A DNA stretch of 25,883 nt from a virus (Duplodnaviria > Caudoviricetes): IMG/VR virus record IMGVR_UViG_3300024520_000444, positions 1 to 25,883 of that record; one strand, 5' to 3'. Shown one piece after another: positions 17,148-25,671 of the stretch. The translations under genes were made by a program, and so were the position numbers. How positions within the stretch are numbered: the first letter of the stretch is position 1; every line of letters begins with the position of its first letter. The notes under the pieces are model-generated. The model saw only the letters and a program-made list of their open reading frames with translations. It was not told the origin of the DNA and did not search any database.

Positions 17148-17339
17148 GGTCTAAATTTTGGGGCAAATCTAAAATATTTTTACAGGGAGATGGCAAAAAG
17201 TGAAAATATTTTATTTTTGGTGTGGGAGCTGACGGGAGTTTTTCCAAAGCCGTGTAAAAACTAAAAATATTTTTTTACCCCAGCAACGAAAAGTTCTGCA
17301 TGGTTTGGTCGGTATATATTCCAACACTACCTTTAACTA

Positions 17340-17359
17340 AATATTGACCAGTCAATATT
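17340..17359. repeat. 20-bp palindrome copy 5 (perfect)
   Basis: AATATTGACCAGTCAATATT, intergenic. Confidence 0.92.
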
Positions 17360-17427
17360 ACACGCACTAAGATACCAAGAAGTTATTGTCATACTTATTT
17401 GGAGTTAGTCTTTTGATATCTTTATGA

Positions 17428-17455
17428 TTGCATTATTTGGTTAAATCATTATAAT
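17428..17455 (+). promoter_or_regulatory. Sigma70-like promoter
   Basis: TTGCAT-16 bp-TATAAT upstream of the 17491 ORF. Confidence 0.5.
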
Positions 17456-17490
17456 TTGTATTAAATATAAACGCATTCAGAGTAATTATC

Positions 17491-18195
17491 ATGAGTAAAG
17501 AAAAAGACATCCTAACACCATCACAGATTGAGCCTAATCTTCCTACAGATTATTCAACTCCTAGTGCTCACTGCAATCTGTCTGTTTTGCAAGAAGCAGA
17601 GGAAACAAACTCCATTCTAAAAACAAAAAACGAAGGTGCTGATCCTGAATATGTTGCCCTGTTGGATGAAAAAGGAAAGATGCAACAAGAAGGAGTATTA
17701 GCAGATAAGAAAAAAACAAGCAGAAAACCTTTAGACAGGCAAATTGTAGAGAAATTTCTAATCAATAGAGAGTTTAATATTGATGAAAAGAAAGGTCAGT
17801 ACATAGATCACAGAGGTCATGTAAGAACAGAAAAAGAAAGAAAATATCCTGTAGATGTTCATCTACTCAAAAAAATATGTGCTATGCATCCCATCGTAAG
17901 GAATGTTCACAAATTAGTAAACATTTGTGGCTTTCATAAAACAATGTATGCAAGACTCAGCCCCGCAAGTGCAACTGTTAGAAAAGCAATCAACAAAGAA
18001 ATGATGACAAAGATTGCTGAAATCTTAGAGCTAGATGACTGGAGAATTTTAATAGACCGAGAAGAATTAGATGCTCTGTCGAAAAAAGAGCAGAGGATAA
18101 AGCAGATAAAAGAAGATATGGAATCTTACAGAAGCAAAATTCAAGGCTTGCAAAAAGAATTAAAAAAACAAAAACGAGGAGTAAACGATGATTAA
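17491..18195 (+). CDS. Hypothetical protein, possible Cro/CI-like HTH plus coiled coil
   Basis: 234 aa; KLVNICGFHKTMYARL..INKEMMTKIAEILE loosely resembles an XRE HTH. Confidence 0.6.
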   Translation: MSKEKDILTPSQIEPNLPTDYSTPSAHCNLSVLQEAEETNSILKTKNEGADPEYVALLDEKGKMQQEGVLADKKKTSRKPLDRQIVEKFLINREFNIDEKKGQYIDHRGHVRTEKERKYPVDVHLLKKICAMHPIVRNVHKLVNICGFHKTMYARLSPASATVRKAINKEMMTKIAEILELDDWRILIDREELDALSKKEQRIKQIKEDMESYRSKIQGLQKELKKQKRGVNDD

Positions 18196-18421
18196 ATATT
18201 TTTGTGACGACTGCGAAAAGGAAATGGTGATAGACCAACATCCTTTGGATATTGATTGTGAAGTGGCAGAGGGGGTCGATCTTTTGTATCACGAAGAGGG
18301 AATACAGGTTGATTCATACGACAGAAGAAGAGATGAGGTCAGCTATCAACATCAATGCAAAGAGTGCCATCTTAAAGTAAATAAAGAAGAATCCTTTTAT
18401 TATGATTGGGGTGTAGCATGA
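18188..18421 (+). CDS. Small Cys-containing hypothetical protein
   Basis: CDDC..CKEC; GAGGAG SD. Confidence 0.7.
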   Translation: MIKYFCDDCEKEMVIDQHPLDIDCEVAEGVDLLYHEEGIQVDSYDRRRDEVSYQHQCKECHLKVNKEESFYYDWGVA

Positions 18422-18729
18422 CCGAACAAAGAGAAGAGATTAAACAGTTTTTTGATAGAGGGGTTTATGCAACCATCATTCATTACAAGACTCAAACGAA
18501 TGGACATTGGGGTTATAAAACAGAATGCTATGTCTATGACAGTGAGTACAGAGCGATTGAACATGGACAAGATGCCATCTTTGACCGCAAACTATATTTC
18601 AGCGAAGAGCAACTAAGAAAGGCATTGGAGTTCCTAGCAGAAAACAAACGATACGATTTCGCATCCAACTTTGTTGAGGTGGTTAAAGTATCTAATATTG
18701 ACCAGTCAAAATTAAGGAGTGCAACATGA
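18418..18729 (+). CDS. Hypothetical protein
   Basis: ATG 18418 coupled to the previous gene; 3' end contains palindrome copy 6. Confidence 0.7.
   Translation: MTEQREEIKQFFDRGVYATIIHYKTQTNGHWGYKTECYVYDSEYRAIEHGQDAIFDRKLYFSEEQLRKALEFLAENKRYDFASNFVEVVKVSNIDQSKLRSAT
18694..18713. repeat. 20-bp palindrome copy 6
   Basis: AATATTGACCAGTCAAAATT, inside a CDS end and abutting the AAGGAG SD of the Arc-like gene. Confidence 0.88.
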
Positions 18730-18962
18730 CTGAATTACAAAAAGAAGAGACACATAACTTTATGTGCAGATTATCACAAGAAGATCACCAAAAACTTAAA
18801 GTGATCTCTAGTGCCTATAACAGAAGCATGACTTCTCAGATCAGACAGCTTATTCAAGATTGCTATCGAGAGCATGGCGATGGTATGGAAGAACATTTAG
18901 CGGGAAGATTGGAACAAGCAGAGGGAGTTAAAAACAGAGAAGATGATGCAATGCCTTTCTAG
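18726..18962 (+). CDS. Arc-like ribbon-helix-helix DNA-binding protein
   Basis: FMCRLSQEDHQKLK..S..YNRSMTSQIRQLI fits the Arc/Mnt pattern. Confidence 0.75.
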   Translation: MTELQKEETHNFMCRLSQEDHQKLKVISSAYNRSMTSQIRQLIQDCYREHGDGMEEHLAGRLEQAEGVKNREDDAMPF

Positions 18963-19525
18963 CGAAACGAATGCAGAATCATTTTTTGTAGCTTAACTTC
19001 CTGTTGGGTTTTTCTTTTGGGAAACCAATAATCTGATAGGACATCCAAGCCAAACCTCAAGGGGTCGATCTCATGATCTCTTGGGGTTTTTTCTTTGGCG
19101 ACCACATTCCATAATAAAATTTCAACTCTCGGACTTGCGTTCTTTTGTAAATATTTTTGCACGCCAGACAAGATCAAAGCTCTGGTTGGGGGTTGTGGTG
19201 GGGAAAAATTATTTTTCATATCACGAAACTCCCAAGAAGGGCTTCCAACATTTGCACCAGACTTGAAAATTATTTCTGTATATTTCTCACCAACATGGTG
19301 TTGGTCTACTGTGATTTTTTTTTCTATTAAGAGTTTGTCGATTGGCACTTGGTCAGTGACTTTCATATGGTGAAAAGGACTATGCTCTCCCTTTCTGAGA
19401 GAGTAAGAATGTCTTGATCTTAACTCTTTATTGCCTAATTCATTAACGACAATCTTAGAAGTCTGTTGTCCATTCGTAATCTTCGTCAAAGCCCATGTCC
19501 TCTGAGATTTCATCAAATCTACCAC
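18959..19525 (-). CDS. Hypothetical protein downstream of primase-helicase (start uncertain)
   Basis: Long ORF on the primase strand; its 5' part overlaps the primase end. Confidence 0.6.
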   Translation of the reverse strand: MVDLMKSQRTWALTKITNGQQTSKIVVNELGNKELRSRHSYSLRKGEHSPFHHMKVTDQVPIDKLLIEKKITVDQHHVGEKYTEIIFKSGANVGSPSWEFRDMKNNFSPPQPPTRALILSGVQKYLQKNASPRVEILLWNVVAKEKTPRDHEIDPLRFGLDVLSDYWFPKRKTQQEVKLQKMILHSFR

Positions 19526-21221
19526 TATTTAAATCATATCGCAACTTAGCAACTCCCTGACTGCCTTGAAAATTCCATCTTACTTTCTGAACATGGACAT
19601 CGGTATCGCTATCATTTCTAACAACACTTATTAAGAAATCGGCTTTGGTGTACCAAGAGATTGACCCCGATATGTCAAGACCTGTAGCAACTAGATTGTC
19701 TCTGTTTGCGGGCTTGGCGGGGTGAGCGACAAAGAGGACAACAGACTGAGTTTGTTTAGCCCATTGAGTGACTTTGGTTAATAACTTATTGATCGCTTCG
19801 GTCAACAACTGATTGCCTTGCTTGATGTCTATAAAGTTAAATGGATCAATCACTAGAACAGAAGTGTCTGCTCTGAGCAATGCGCTTGATGCAAAGTCTA
19901 ATATGCCATCAATCGTAAAAGGACTGCCCGCTTGGTGATCTTGGAATACAAAGTTATTCTCAATAAACTCTAAAGCATATTCCATTTCTTCCTGATTCAT
20001 TCTATTGTCTTTGCCTTTGAAGAATGGCTTACCAACAATCTTAGATGCCAACTGCAATGCATGAAGCTGTGGCGGTTTCTCGAAGGATGCAAAGCAAGTT
20101 TTCATTCCCTGTTTCGCAAGACGAATGCACATCTCATCAACTAGTTCTGATTTACCATGAGACGGGTAGCCCGTTACGACATACAAATTTGATGGGTTGA
20201 AGCTGATCAACCTATCCAGTGATGGCAGACCCAACTGCACACCCTTTGGATATCCATGATCGTATAATTCCTGTATTGAATCTTTGTAGGTGTAAATGGT
20301 GTTCAATCCCGCAAGAGGTAATGGTGTTGCGTTCTCAATCGCATCAACAATTTTCTCTGTCCCGCCTGTCATTAAGACTTCATTCACATCCTTGTATTGA
20401 CCGAGATCAACTTCGTAAGACTTGGCTTTTCCAATCCTTCTTCCCAACACTTCCTTTAAAGAATCTCCCGCAGTATCTTGATCGGTCAGTAAGATTGACT
20501 GGTCAATATTTGACAAGATCGTTTCTGCATCACGAAGATAATCGTACTTTTTATCGTCTGCTGTGTTGTCTTTTACTTTCGATGGCGCACCATTTGGGAC
20601 TGATACAATGAGAGTATTGTGTTCATCCTCACCGAATCCTATTCCCGCAGTCGCTAGACTCAGGACATCCATCTCTCCCTCTGCAATTATTATTCTTTTC
20701 TGCCCATTGAGTTTTTCTGGCAAATTGTATAAAGTTTTTGCACCGCCTTTTGTTTGAGTGAAGTATTTGTGTTCATCACTTGCCGATCTCCATTTGATCG
20801 CATAAGTCACACCATCTTTCTTGTATGGAAAACCAACGCTCGGTAGTTCACCGCTTCCATTAAACTTATGTTTCGAGAAGATAATCCCAAACTTTTCAAT
20901 CACCTCTTCTGATATCCCCCTAGCCATCAGCCAGTCTTTCGCAGTATTGTCAGGCTTGAAAACAGTGGTGTCCAACGCCTTAAAAATATTTTTGTTTGGC
21001 GGAACAGCGTGCGTCTGTCTTTCCGAAACTCTACCCTCGATGCCACAATGATGACAGCGATACAAAGCACAATCCGAAGAGACTGTGATTGATAATGGTC
21101 TATCTGATTTGTTTTTCTTTCGGGCTGAACTACACGAAGGACATTTGGTTTTGTGACTGCCGAAATCTAGGCTTTTTGAAATTGATAATAATTCATTCTG
21201 AAGATTGGTGCTTACATCCAT
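19455..21221 (-). CDS. Bifunctional DNA primase-helicase (T7 gp4/Twinkle-like)
   Basis: CPSC..CHHC zinc domain, TOPRIM EGEMD..SVPNGA..DQD.AG..KDVNE, helicase TGYPSHGKS, IDPFN, VAHP, DISGS; acidic tail ending TDF. Confidence 0.92.
   Translation of the reverse strand: MDVSTNLQNELLSISKSLDFGSHKTKCPSCSSARKKNKSDRPLSITVSSDCALYRCHHCGIEGRVSERQTHAVPPNKNIFKALDTTVFKPDNTAKDWLMARGISEEVIEKFGIIFSKHKFNGSGELPSVGFPYKKDGVTYAIKWRSASDEHKYFTQTKGGAKTLYNLPEKLNGQKRIIIAEGEMDVLSLATAGIGFGEDEHNTLIVSVPNGAPSKVKDNTADDKKYDYLRDAETILSNIDQSILLTDQDTAGDSLKEVLGRRIGKAKSYEVDLGQYKDVNEVLMTGGTEKIVDAIENATPLPLAGLNTIYTYKDSIQELYDHGYPKGVQLGLPSLDRLISFNPSNLYVVTGYPSHGKSELVDEMCIRLAKQGMKTCFASFEKPPQLHALQLASKIVGKPFFKGKDNRMNQEEMEYALEFIENNFVFQDHQAGSPFTIDGILDFASSALLRADTSVLVIDPFNFIDIKQGNQLLTEAINKLLTKVTQWAKQTQSVVLFVAHPAKPANRDNLVATGLDISGSISWYTKADFLISVVRNDSDTDVHVQKVRWNFQGSQGVAKLRYDLNSGRFDEISEDMGFDEDYEWTTDF
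20491..20510. repeat. 20-bp palindrome copy 7, inside the primase CDS
   Basis: Minus strand AATATTGACCAGTCAATCTT, encoding NIDQSI. Confidence 0.88.
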
Positions 21222-21375
21222 AATAATACCTACTGGTTATATACTAACTATTACTTAACTAACAGTATATTTACAGACTGGTATTATACTAATACTAGTA
21301 TATACTAGTTATAGCTGATTTTGATTGGGTCAGCTTATTCATATGAAATCTCCTATATGAGAAGAGTCTACTGAA

Positions 21376-21666
21376 CTAGTTTTTAGTAGGCTCTGTCATA
21401 GAGAAACTATCAAGAACACTGATCGCATTTTCAGCTAATACTTTTCTTTCTATCTTTGGTCTTTTCGACATTTCTAAAAAGAACATTGCCAAATAATCAG
21501 GATCAACTTCTGCACTATCGCATATCATTTTAAACTCCTCACCATTTGCAATCCAATCTGCAACATCTGTCACTCTTTCTGAATCTTTTGAATGGAAATC
21601 TCTAATGGCTTGCTTGAGTATTGCTCTGCAAATATCAAATGCCATTTGTTCATCTGTCGATAACAT
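21376..21666 (-). CDS. Hypothetical protein
   Basis: AILKQAIRD..WI..FKMICDSAEVDP; coupled to the RusA-like gene. Confidence 0.7.
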   Translation of the reverse strand: MLSTDEQMAFDICRAILKQAIRDFHSKDSERVTDVADWIANGEEFKMICDSAEVDPDYLAMFFLEMSKRPKIERKVLAENAISVLDSFSMTEPTKN

Positions 21667-22015
21667 TTACTTCTATCTCCGCTCTTGGATTCTCTTTGTC
21701 GATACCATGAAAAATATGTTTTTCTTTAACGCTTCTATCGTTCTCATAAATCCTACCTTGCATCAAATCCAGTATTAAACTTTCATCTAAATCAGGTCTG
21801 CGATTCTGATAATAAATTGTAATCGTGACCGAAACATCCTTCTCTTTTGGTATCAATGTTTCTTGTTGTGGGCACTGCCAAGCAAAATCTTCAGAGTATT
21901 TAAGGGCTTGTTTTGACTTAATAAATCGTGGCTTCCCACCTATCTGAACAAGCCTTCTACTGTTGGCTTTGCTGTAGCATTGTCCTTTAACAACAAACCT
22001 AATACTATCACCCAT
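21650..22015 (-). CDS. rusA: RusA-like Holliday junction resolvase
   Basis: SKANSR..RRPDLD..ILDLMQG.IYENDR.V..DKENPRAEI. Confidence 0.8.
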   Translation of the reverse strand: MGDSIRFVVKGQCYSKANSRRLVQIGGKPRFIKSKQALKYSEDFAWQCPQQETLIPKEKDVSVTITIYYQNRRPDLDESLILDLMQGRIYENDRSVKEKHIFHGIDKENPRAEIEVNVIDR

Positions 22016-22049
22016 TAATCACCTACACAAGAAATTTAGCAACAATCTA

Positions 22050-22077
22050 TTGACACCATCTATACAATCTATATACT
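22050..22077 (+). promoter_or_regulatory. Sigma70-like promoter overlapped by three 9-bp direct repeats
   Basis: TTGACA-16 bp-TATACT; ACMATCTAT at 22042, 22055 and 22064. Confidence 0.7.
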
Positions 22078-22111
22078 TTGTATTTCACAAGGAACTCAAA
22101 CAGGACTTTTT

Positions 22112-22393
22112 ATGAACAAAACAATTACGCCAGTTGTTGAAAAATCTGCACTCCCCACCAAAAAAAGATCGACTTGGAAATGGAATCTACCCCTTGAGTC
22201 TATCAAAAAAGGGGAGCTGATAAAACTCGAAATGTCAGAGGATGAAGCCAGAGATAGTAGCAACACAATCAGAACCATTGTCCACAGATTCCAAAAGAAA
22301 ACTCCATCAAAGAAATTTACAGTCAGGCTAGTCATCAACGATGTTGCTGAAGAGTTGGATTGGGAAGGCATAGGCATATGGAGAACTAGGTGA
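22112..22393 (+). CDS. Small hypothetical protein, possibly DNA-binding
   Basis: 93 aa with an AGGA SD; first gene after the promoter; ends GIGIWRTR. Confidence 0.7.
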   Translation: MNKTITPVVEKSALPTKKRSTWKWNLPLESIKKGELIKLEMSEDEARDSSNTIRTIVHRFQKKTPSKKFTVRLVINDVAEELDWEGIGIWRTR

Positions 22394-23265
22394 AGTACAC
22401 CAACAAACACAATCTTCCATCTGTAGTGGTTAATGCATTGATGCATGATACTTATTCTTCTGCGGGATCGGACTACAGCATGACCACACTGATAAAAGCA
22501 CCGCAACAAGTCATACTGGAAAGAGAAAATCAAAGCGCATTGACACAAGATGTTTCTGATCTAATATTTTCAAGAACTGGAACTTGGAATCACGATGGTC
22601 TTGAGGCGGGAAACAAAGACAACAAAGATGTTATCTGCGAGAAGAGACTTGCGATAGAGATTGATGGTGTAAAGATATCAGGCGCAACCGATGTATATGA
22701 TCGTATTAAACATCATGTCATTGATTATAAAACCACATCATACTATGCAGTCAAAGATGCATTAAAAGGCGGTGCTGTAAAGCCTGAGTGGGAAAAGCAG
22801 ACCAATGGCTATGCTTATATGTGGCGAGCAAATGGCTACACAGTCAGAGGAATTAAGATCATTGCGATACTCAGAGATTGGAGTCGTGCAAACTCATTCC
22901 GAGATAAGAACTATCCACCTACACCGATAGTTCAATTGAATGTTCCATTGTGGAATGAGCAAAAGCAGAAATGGTATTTAAGAGATAGGGTTGATCTTCA
23001 TGAGTTGGCAAAAGCTGAATATGAAGTGAGCGGGGAAACTAACGAATGCTCTGATGAAGAACGATGGAAAATACCAGATACTTGGGCTTTGAAGCTCAAG
23101 GGTAGAAAGAGAGCAATCAAGGTTTATAAATCAGAAGCAGAAGCACATCAGAATATGGACAGCGAAGAACACTTTGTTGAACACCGAGAAGGTAAAGCAA
23201 ACAAGTGTGAGAACTATTGTCCATGCAGAGATTTTTGTCCTCAGTATGAAGCTGAGACTAAATAA
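22390..23265 (+). CDS. PD-(D/E)XK exonuclease, Cas4/RecB-like
   Basis: E.RL..ISGATD..IDYKT..Q..GYA, C-terminal C..YCPC..FC; next to an annealing protein. Confidence 0.85.
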   Translation: MKYTNKHNLPSVVVNALMHDTYSSAGSDYSMTTLIKAPQQVILERENQSALTQDVSDLIFSRTGTWNHDGLEAGNKDNKDVICEKRLAIEIDGVKISGATDVYDRIKHHVIDYKTTSYYAVKDALKGGAVKPEWEKQTNGYAYMWRANGYTVRGIKIIAILRDWSRANSFRDKNYPPTPIVQLNVPLWNEQKQKWYLRDRVDLHELAKAEYEVSGETNECSDEERWKIPDTWALKLKGRKRAIKVYKSEAEAHQNMDSEEHFVEHREGKANKCENYCPCRDFCPQYEAETK

Positions 23266-23280
23266 TGACCAGTCAATATT
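23261..23280. repeat. 20-bp palindrome copy 8
   Basis: AATAATGACCAGTCAATATT; contains the nuclease stop codon and abuts an AAGGAG SD. Confidence 0.9.
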
Positions 23281-23293
23281 AAAGGAGACTACT

Positions 23294-23989
23294 ATGGCTA
23301 AAGAATTAACATATAAAGAAGTTTGGGACACACTCTCAAATGTCGATTGTTCAGAGCATATCGAGAAGAAGATGAATTTATCATATCTCTCATGGGCTTG
23401 GGCTTGGGGAGTGCTAATGGAACACTATCCTGATGCGACCTTTGAGTTTGGCGCATTCACTACAGCAGACGACACGATGCACGATGCAATGTTTTATCCC
23501 GATGGAAGTGCCAGTGTGTTTGTCACAATAAGTATACAAGGATTGAAAAGATCAATGTGGTTGCCTGTAATGGACAATCGAAACAATGCAATTTCTAATC
23601 CAACATCAAGACAGATATCTGATGCGAAGATGAGATGCTTGGTCAAGTGCATAGCGATGTTCGGTCTTGGTCATTATATTTTTGCGGGAGAAGATTTGCC
23701 TAGCGAGAAAAAAGAAAGTGGTTCAGCAGACAAACGTGATGATACCTCCAACCCACCCCCAAGTGGTGAGTCTGCTGAATCCAAAGAAGATGTCGTTGAT
23801 GAAAAATTCATAGAGATAGTCGAGACATTTACTGAAGATGTTGAGACAGTTGAATCTCTTGAGGAGTTCTTCATTGACAACAAAGATGAGTTTAAGAAAC
23901 TCAAAACAACAAGCGAGGAGACATACAACAGATTGATCTTGTCGTTTGCTAAAACTAAAGACGATCTAAAAAAAGGAGACAGAAGATGA
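23294..23989 (+). CDS. Single-strand annealing protein, Sak3/DUF1071 family
   Basis: EKKMNLSYLSWAWAW..WLPVMD.RN..MRCLVKCIAMFGLGHYIFAGEDLP; ATG 23294 with SD. Confidence 0.88.
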   Translation: MAKELTYKEVWDTLSNVDCSEHIEKKMNLSYLSWAWAWGVLMEHYPDATFEFGAFTTADDTMHDAMFYPDGSASVFVTISIQGLKRSMWLPVMDNRNNAISNPTSRQISDAKMRCLVKCIAMFGLGHYIFAGEDLPSEKKESGSADKRDDTSNPPPSGESAESKEDVVDEKFIEIVETFTEDVETVESLEEFFIDNKDEFKKLKTTSEETYNRLILSFAKTKDDLKKGDRR

Positions 23990-24258
23990 ATGATCGAATT
24001 AAGGTTGAAGGTGCAGTATTTGCGAACACCTATAAAAAAGCAAAGAACCATCCTGATTTTACAGGCAAGATCGAACTGAGCAAAGCTCTATTGAAAGAGT
24101 TGGTCGAGAGAGCGAAAGCCAATCAAGACATTTCAGTAAGCGTTGCAATGTGGGATCGTACTTCTAAAGATGGAAAGATATATAAGTATGTTTCTGTTGA
24201 GCTTCCTGAGATCAAGGAAGAAGAAGTCGAAGTCTTTGAAGATGAGATACCATTTTGA
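23986..24258 (+). CDS. Putative ssDNA-binding protein
   Basis: HPDFTGKI motif, acidic tail ending EDEIPF, follows the annealing protein. Confidence 0.7.
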   Translation: MNDRIKVEGAVFANTYKKAKNHPDFTGKIELSKALLKELVERAKANQDISVSVAMWDRTSKDGKIYKYVSVELPEIKEEEVEVFEDEIPF

Positions 24259-24674
24259 GTGCTCTAAGTTTTGAAGCTGTAAAGGTTCGGATTACTCAGA
24301 ACAAACAGGGAGTCTATCTGGTGCTTAATGTCCATCCAGACGAAGTGCCAGAGGACTTGCTGAGAAGTTGGGTTGGTCAGAGATACTACTGCGCTATGGT
24401 AGGCATACAAGAAGATGAGACTCCTGTTCCACATCAGCCAATCAGAAAGAAAACAAGCGGTCAAAAGTATGTGGATAGAGCGGGGATCATGGCAAGGGAA
24501 AAAGAATTTTGGGAGTTTGCAGAAGTCGAGAACGAAGAAGATGCTTCTGAGTTTATAAGAGAATTTTGCAACATACATTCAAGAAGCGAACTCAAGAACA
24601 ACGAGTTTGCTCAGATTCTTTTTGATGACATTAACAAGAAATATAACAAATGGTATGAGCAACATGACAAATAA
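24255..24674 (+). CDS. Hypothetical protein
   Basis: 139 aa, coupled; C-terminal CNIHSRSEL motif. Confidence 0.7.
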   Translation: MSALSFEAVKVRITQNKQGVYLVLNVHPDEVPEDLLRSWVGQRYYCAMVGIQEDETPVPHQPIRKKTSGQKYVDRAGIMAREKEFWEFAEVENEEDASEFIREFCNIHSRSELKNNEFAQILFDDINKKYNKWYEQHDK

Positions 24675-24867
24675 ATACATAGTAGAAATTGAAGTCACAG
24701 GCACAGAGATATATGAAATCGAATCCGATGTTTCTTTAACAGAACATGAACTGGTTTACAGAGCAATCAATAAGGATAAGCCTGATAATTGGAAAACAAA
24801 TGGTGATTCACCTTACAGTATTTCTGTAATGGAAGGGAAACTAGAAATAGATGAGTCTTTAAAATGA
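24664..24867 (+). CDS. Hypothetical protein
   Basis: ATG 24664, coupled at both ends. Confidence 0.65.
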   Translation: MTNKYIVEIEVTGTEIYEIESDVSLTEHELVYRAINKDKPDNWKTNGDSPYSISVMEGKLEIDESLK

Positions 24868-25112
24868 AAAAGAAAGCAAAGCAAGACGACAAGATCAATC
24901 CGCCTTATTACAAGAAAGGAATACAGGTGACTGACTTTATACTTTCTCACGATCTTGGTTGGTGCGAGGGGAACATCATAAAATATATTGTCAGACACAA
25001 GATCAAACACGAAGAGAATCCGATACAAGATTTAACAAAAGCCAAGTGGTACTTGGAAAAACTAATTGAAGAATTAAATGACACAGAATGGGCTAAGAAT
25101 CCTAAAGACTAG
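24864..25112 (+). CDS. DUF3310 family protein (T7 gp1.7-related)
   Basis: INPPYY..IQVTD..GNIIKY..R...K..DL.KAKWYL. Confidence 0.85.
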   Translation: MKKKAKQDDKINPPYYKKGIQVTDFILSHDLGWCEGNIIKYIVRHKIKHEENPIQDLTKAKWYLEKLIEELNDTEWAKNPKD

Positions 25113-25235
25113 AGGAGACTACCACAAGGTTTTAAAGACATAATGAGCCGAGAAGAAGAAATGTTTGCGCGTTGTTGGAACGACTCATGTGTAGGTTGGG
25201 GGGAATAACCCCCTCAATTTAATTAGGAGATAGAA

Positions 25236-25481
25236 ATGAAAGTGTTAGGTTTATTTATATTTTTACTAGGAATGTTTGTATTCACAAGCGGTTGGGTACT
25301 TTTAGATTTGGCATCTATGCCATTGAAGGATGATCTTTATTCATTAGATGTGTTGGGATTCTTTAACAATATGTTTTCGTTAGACCCAAACGTTGCAAGT
25401 TTTCAGTCTATTATGTCTTTACTGTTTATTGTTATGGGATGTTTCATTTGCTATAGCGGTAGCATTTTAATCAAATATTGA
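25236..25481 (+). CDS. Small two-TM membrane protein
   Basis: Two hydrophobic segments; AGGAG SD. Confidence 0.75.
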   Translation: MKVLGLFIFLLGMFVFTSGWVLLDLASMPLKDDLYSLDVLGFFNNMFSLDPNVASFQSIMSLLFIVMGCFICYSGSILIKY

Positions 25482-25493
25482 CTGGTCAAAGTT
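25474..25493. repeat. 20-bp palindrome copy 9 (TG centre on the plus strand)
   Basis: AATATTGACTGGTCAAAGTT; contains the TGA stop and precedes a GGAG SD. Confidence 0.85.
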
Positions 25494-25503
25494 TGGAGAA
25501 CAA

Positions 25504-25671
25504 ATGGAAAGGTTTAAATACTTAAAGAATTTAACAAGAGATCAAAACTACAGTCATTGGAGACTGTCTAACTCAAACGAAAGGCTTCATAACAACCAAA
25601 GGCTTTTATCCGAAGAAGAAGCGAGAGAACTATTTGACAAGTATTATCCCGATGACGAAAGAACTAAGTGA
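25504..25671 (+). CDS. Small hypothetical protein (55 aa, not in ORF track)
   Basis: GGAG SD; MERFKYLKNLTRDQNYSHW..FDKYYPDDERTK*. Confidence 0.65.
   Translation: MERFKYLKNLTRDQNYSHWRLSNSNERLHNNQRLLSEEEARELFDKYYPDDERTK

Noticed and set aside
23051-23070. CTGATGA...GAAA inside the Cas4-like gene
   Set aside because: No stem II, I or III pairing; coding coincidence
23174-23293. N-terminal extension of Sak3
   Set aside because: Overlaps the nuclease gene; ATG 23294 has a strong SD
9402-25493. Palindromes as a CRISPR array, given the Cas4-like gene
   Set aside because: Copies are kilobases apart with genes between; the nuclease sits in a Sak3/SSB recombination module
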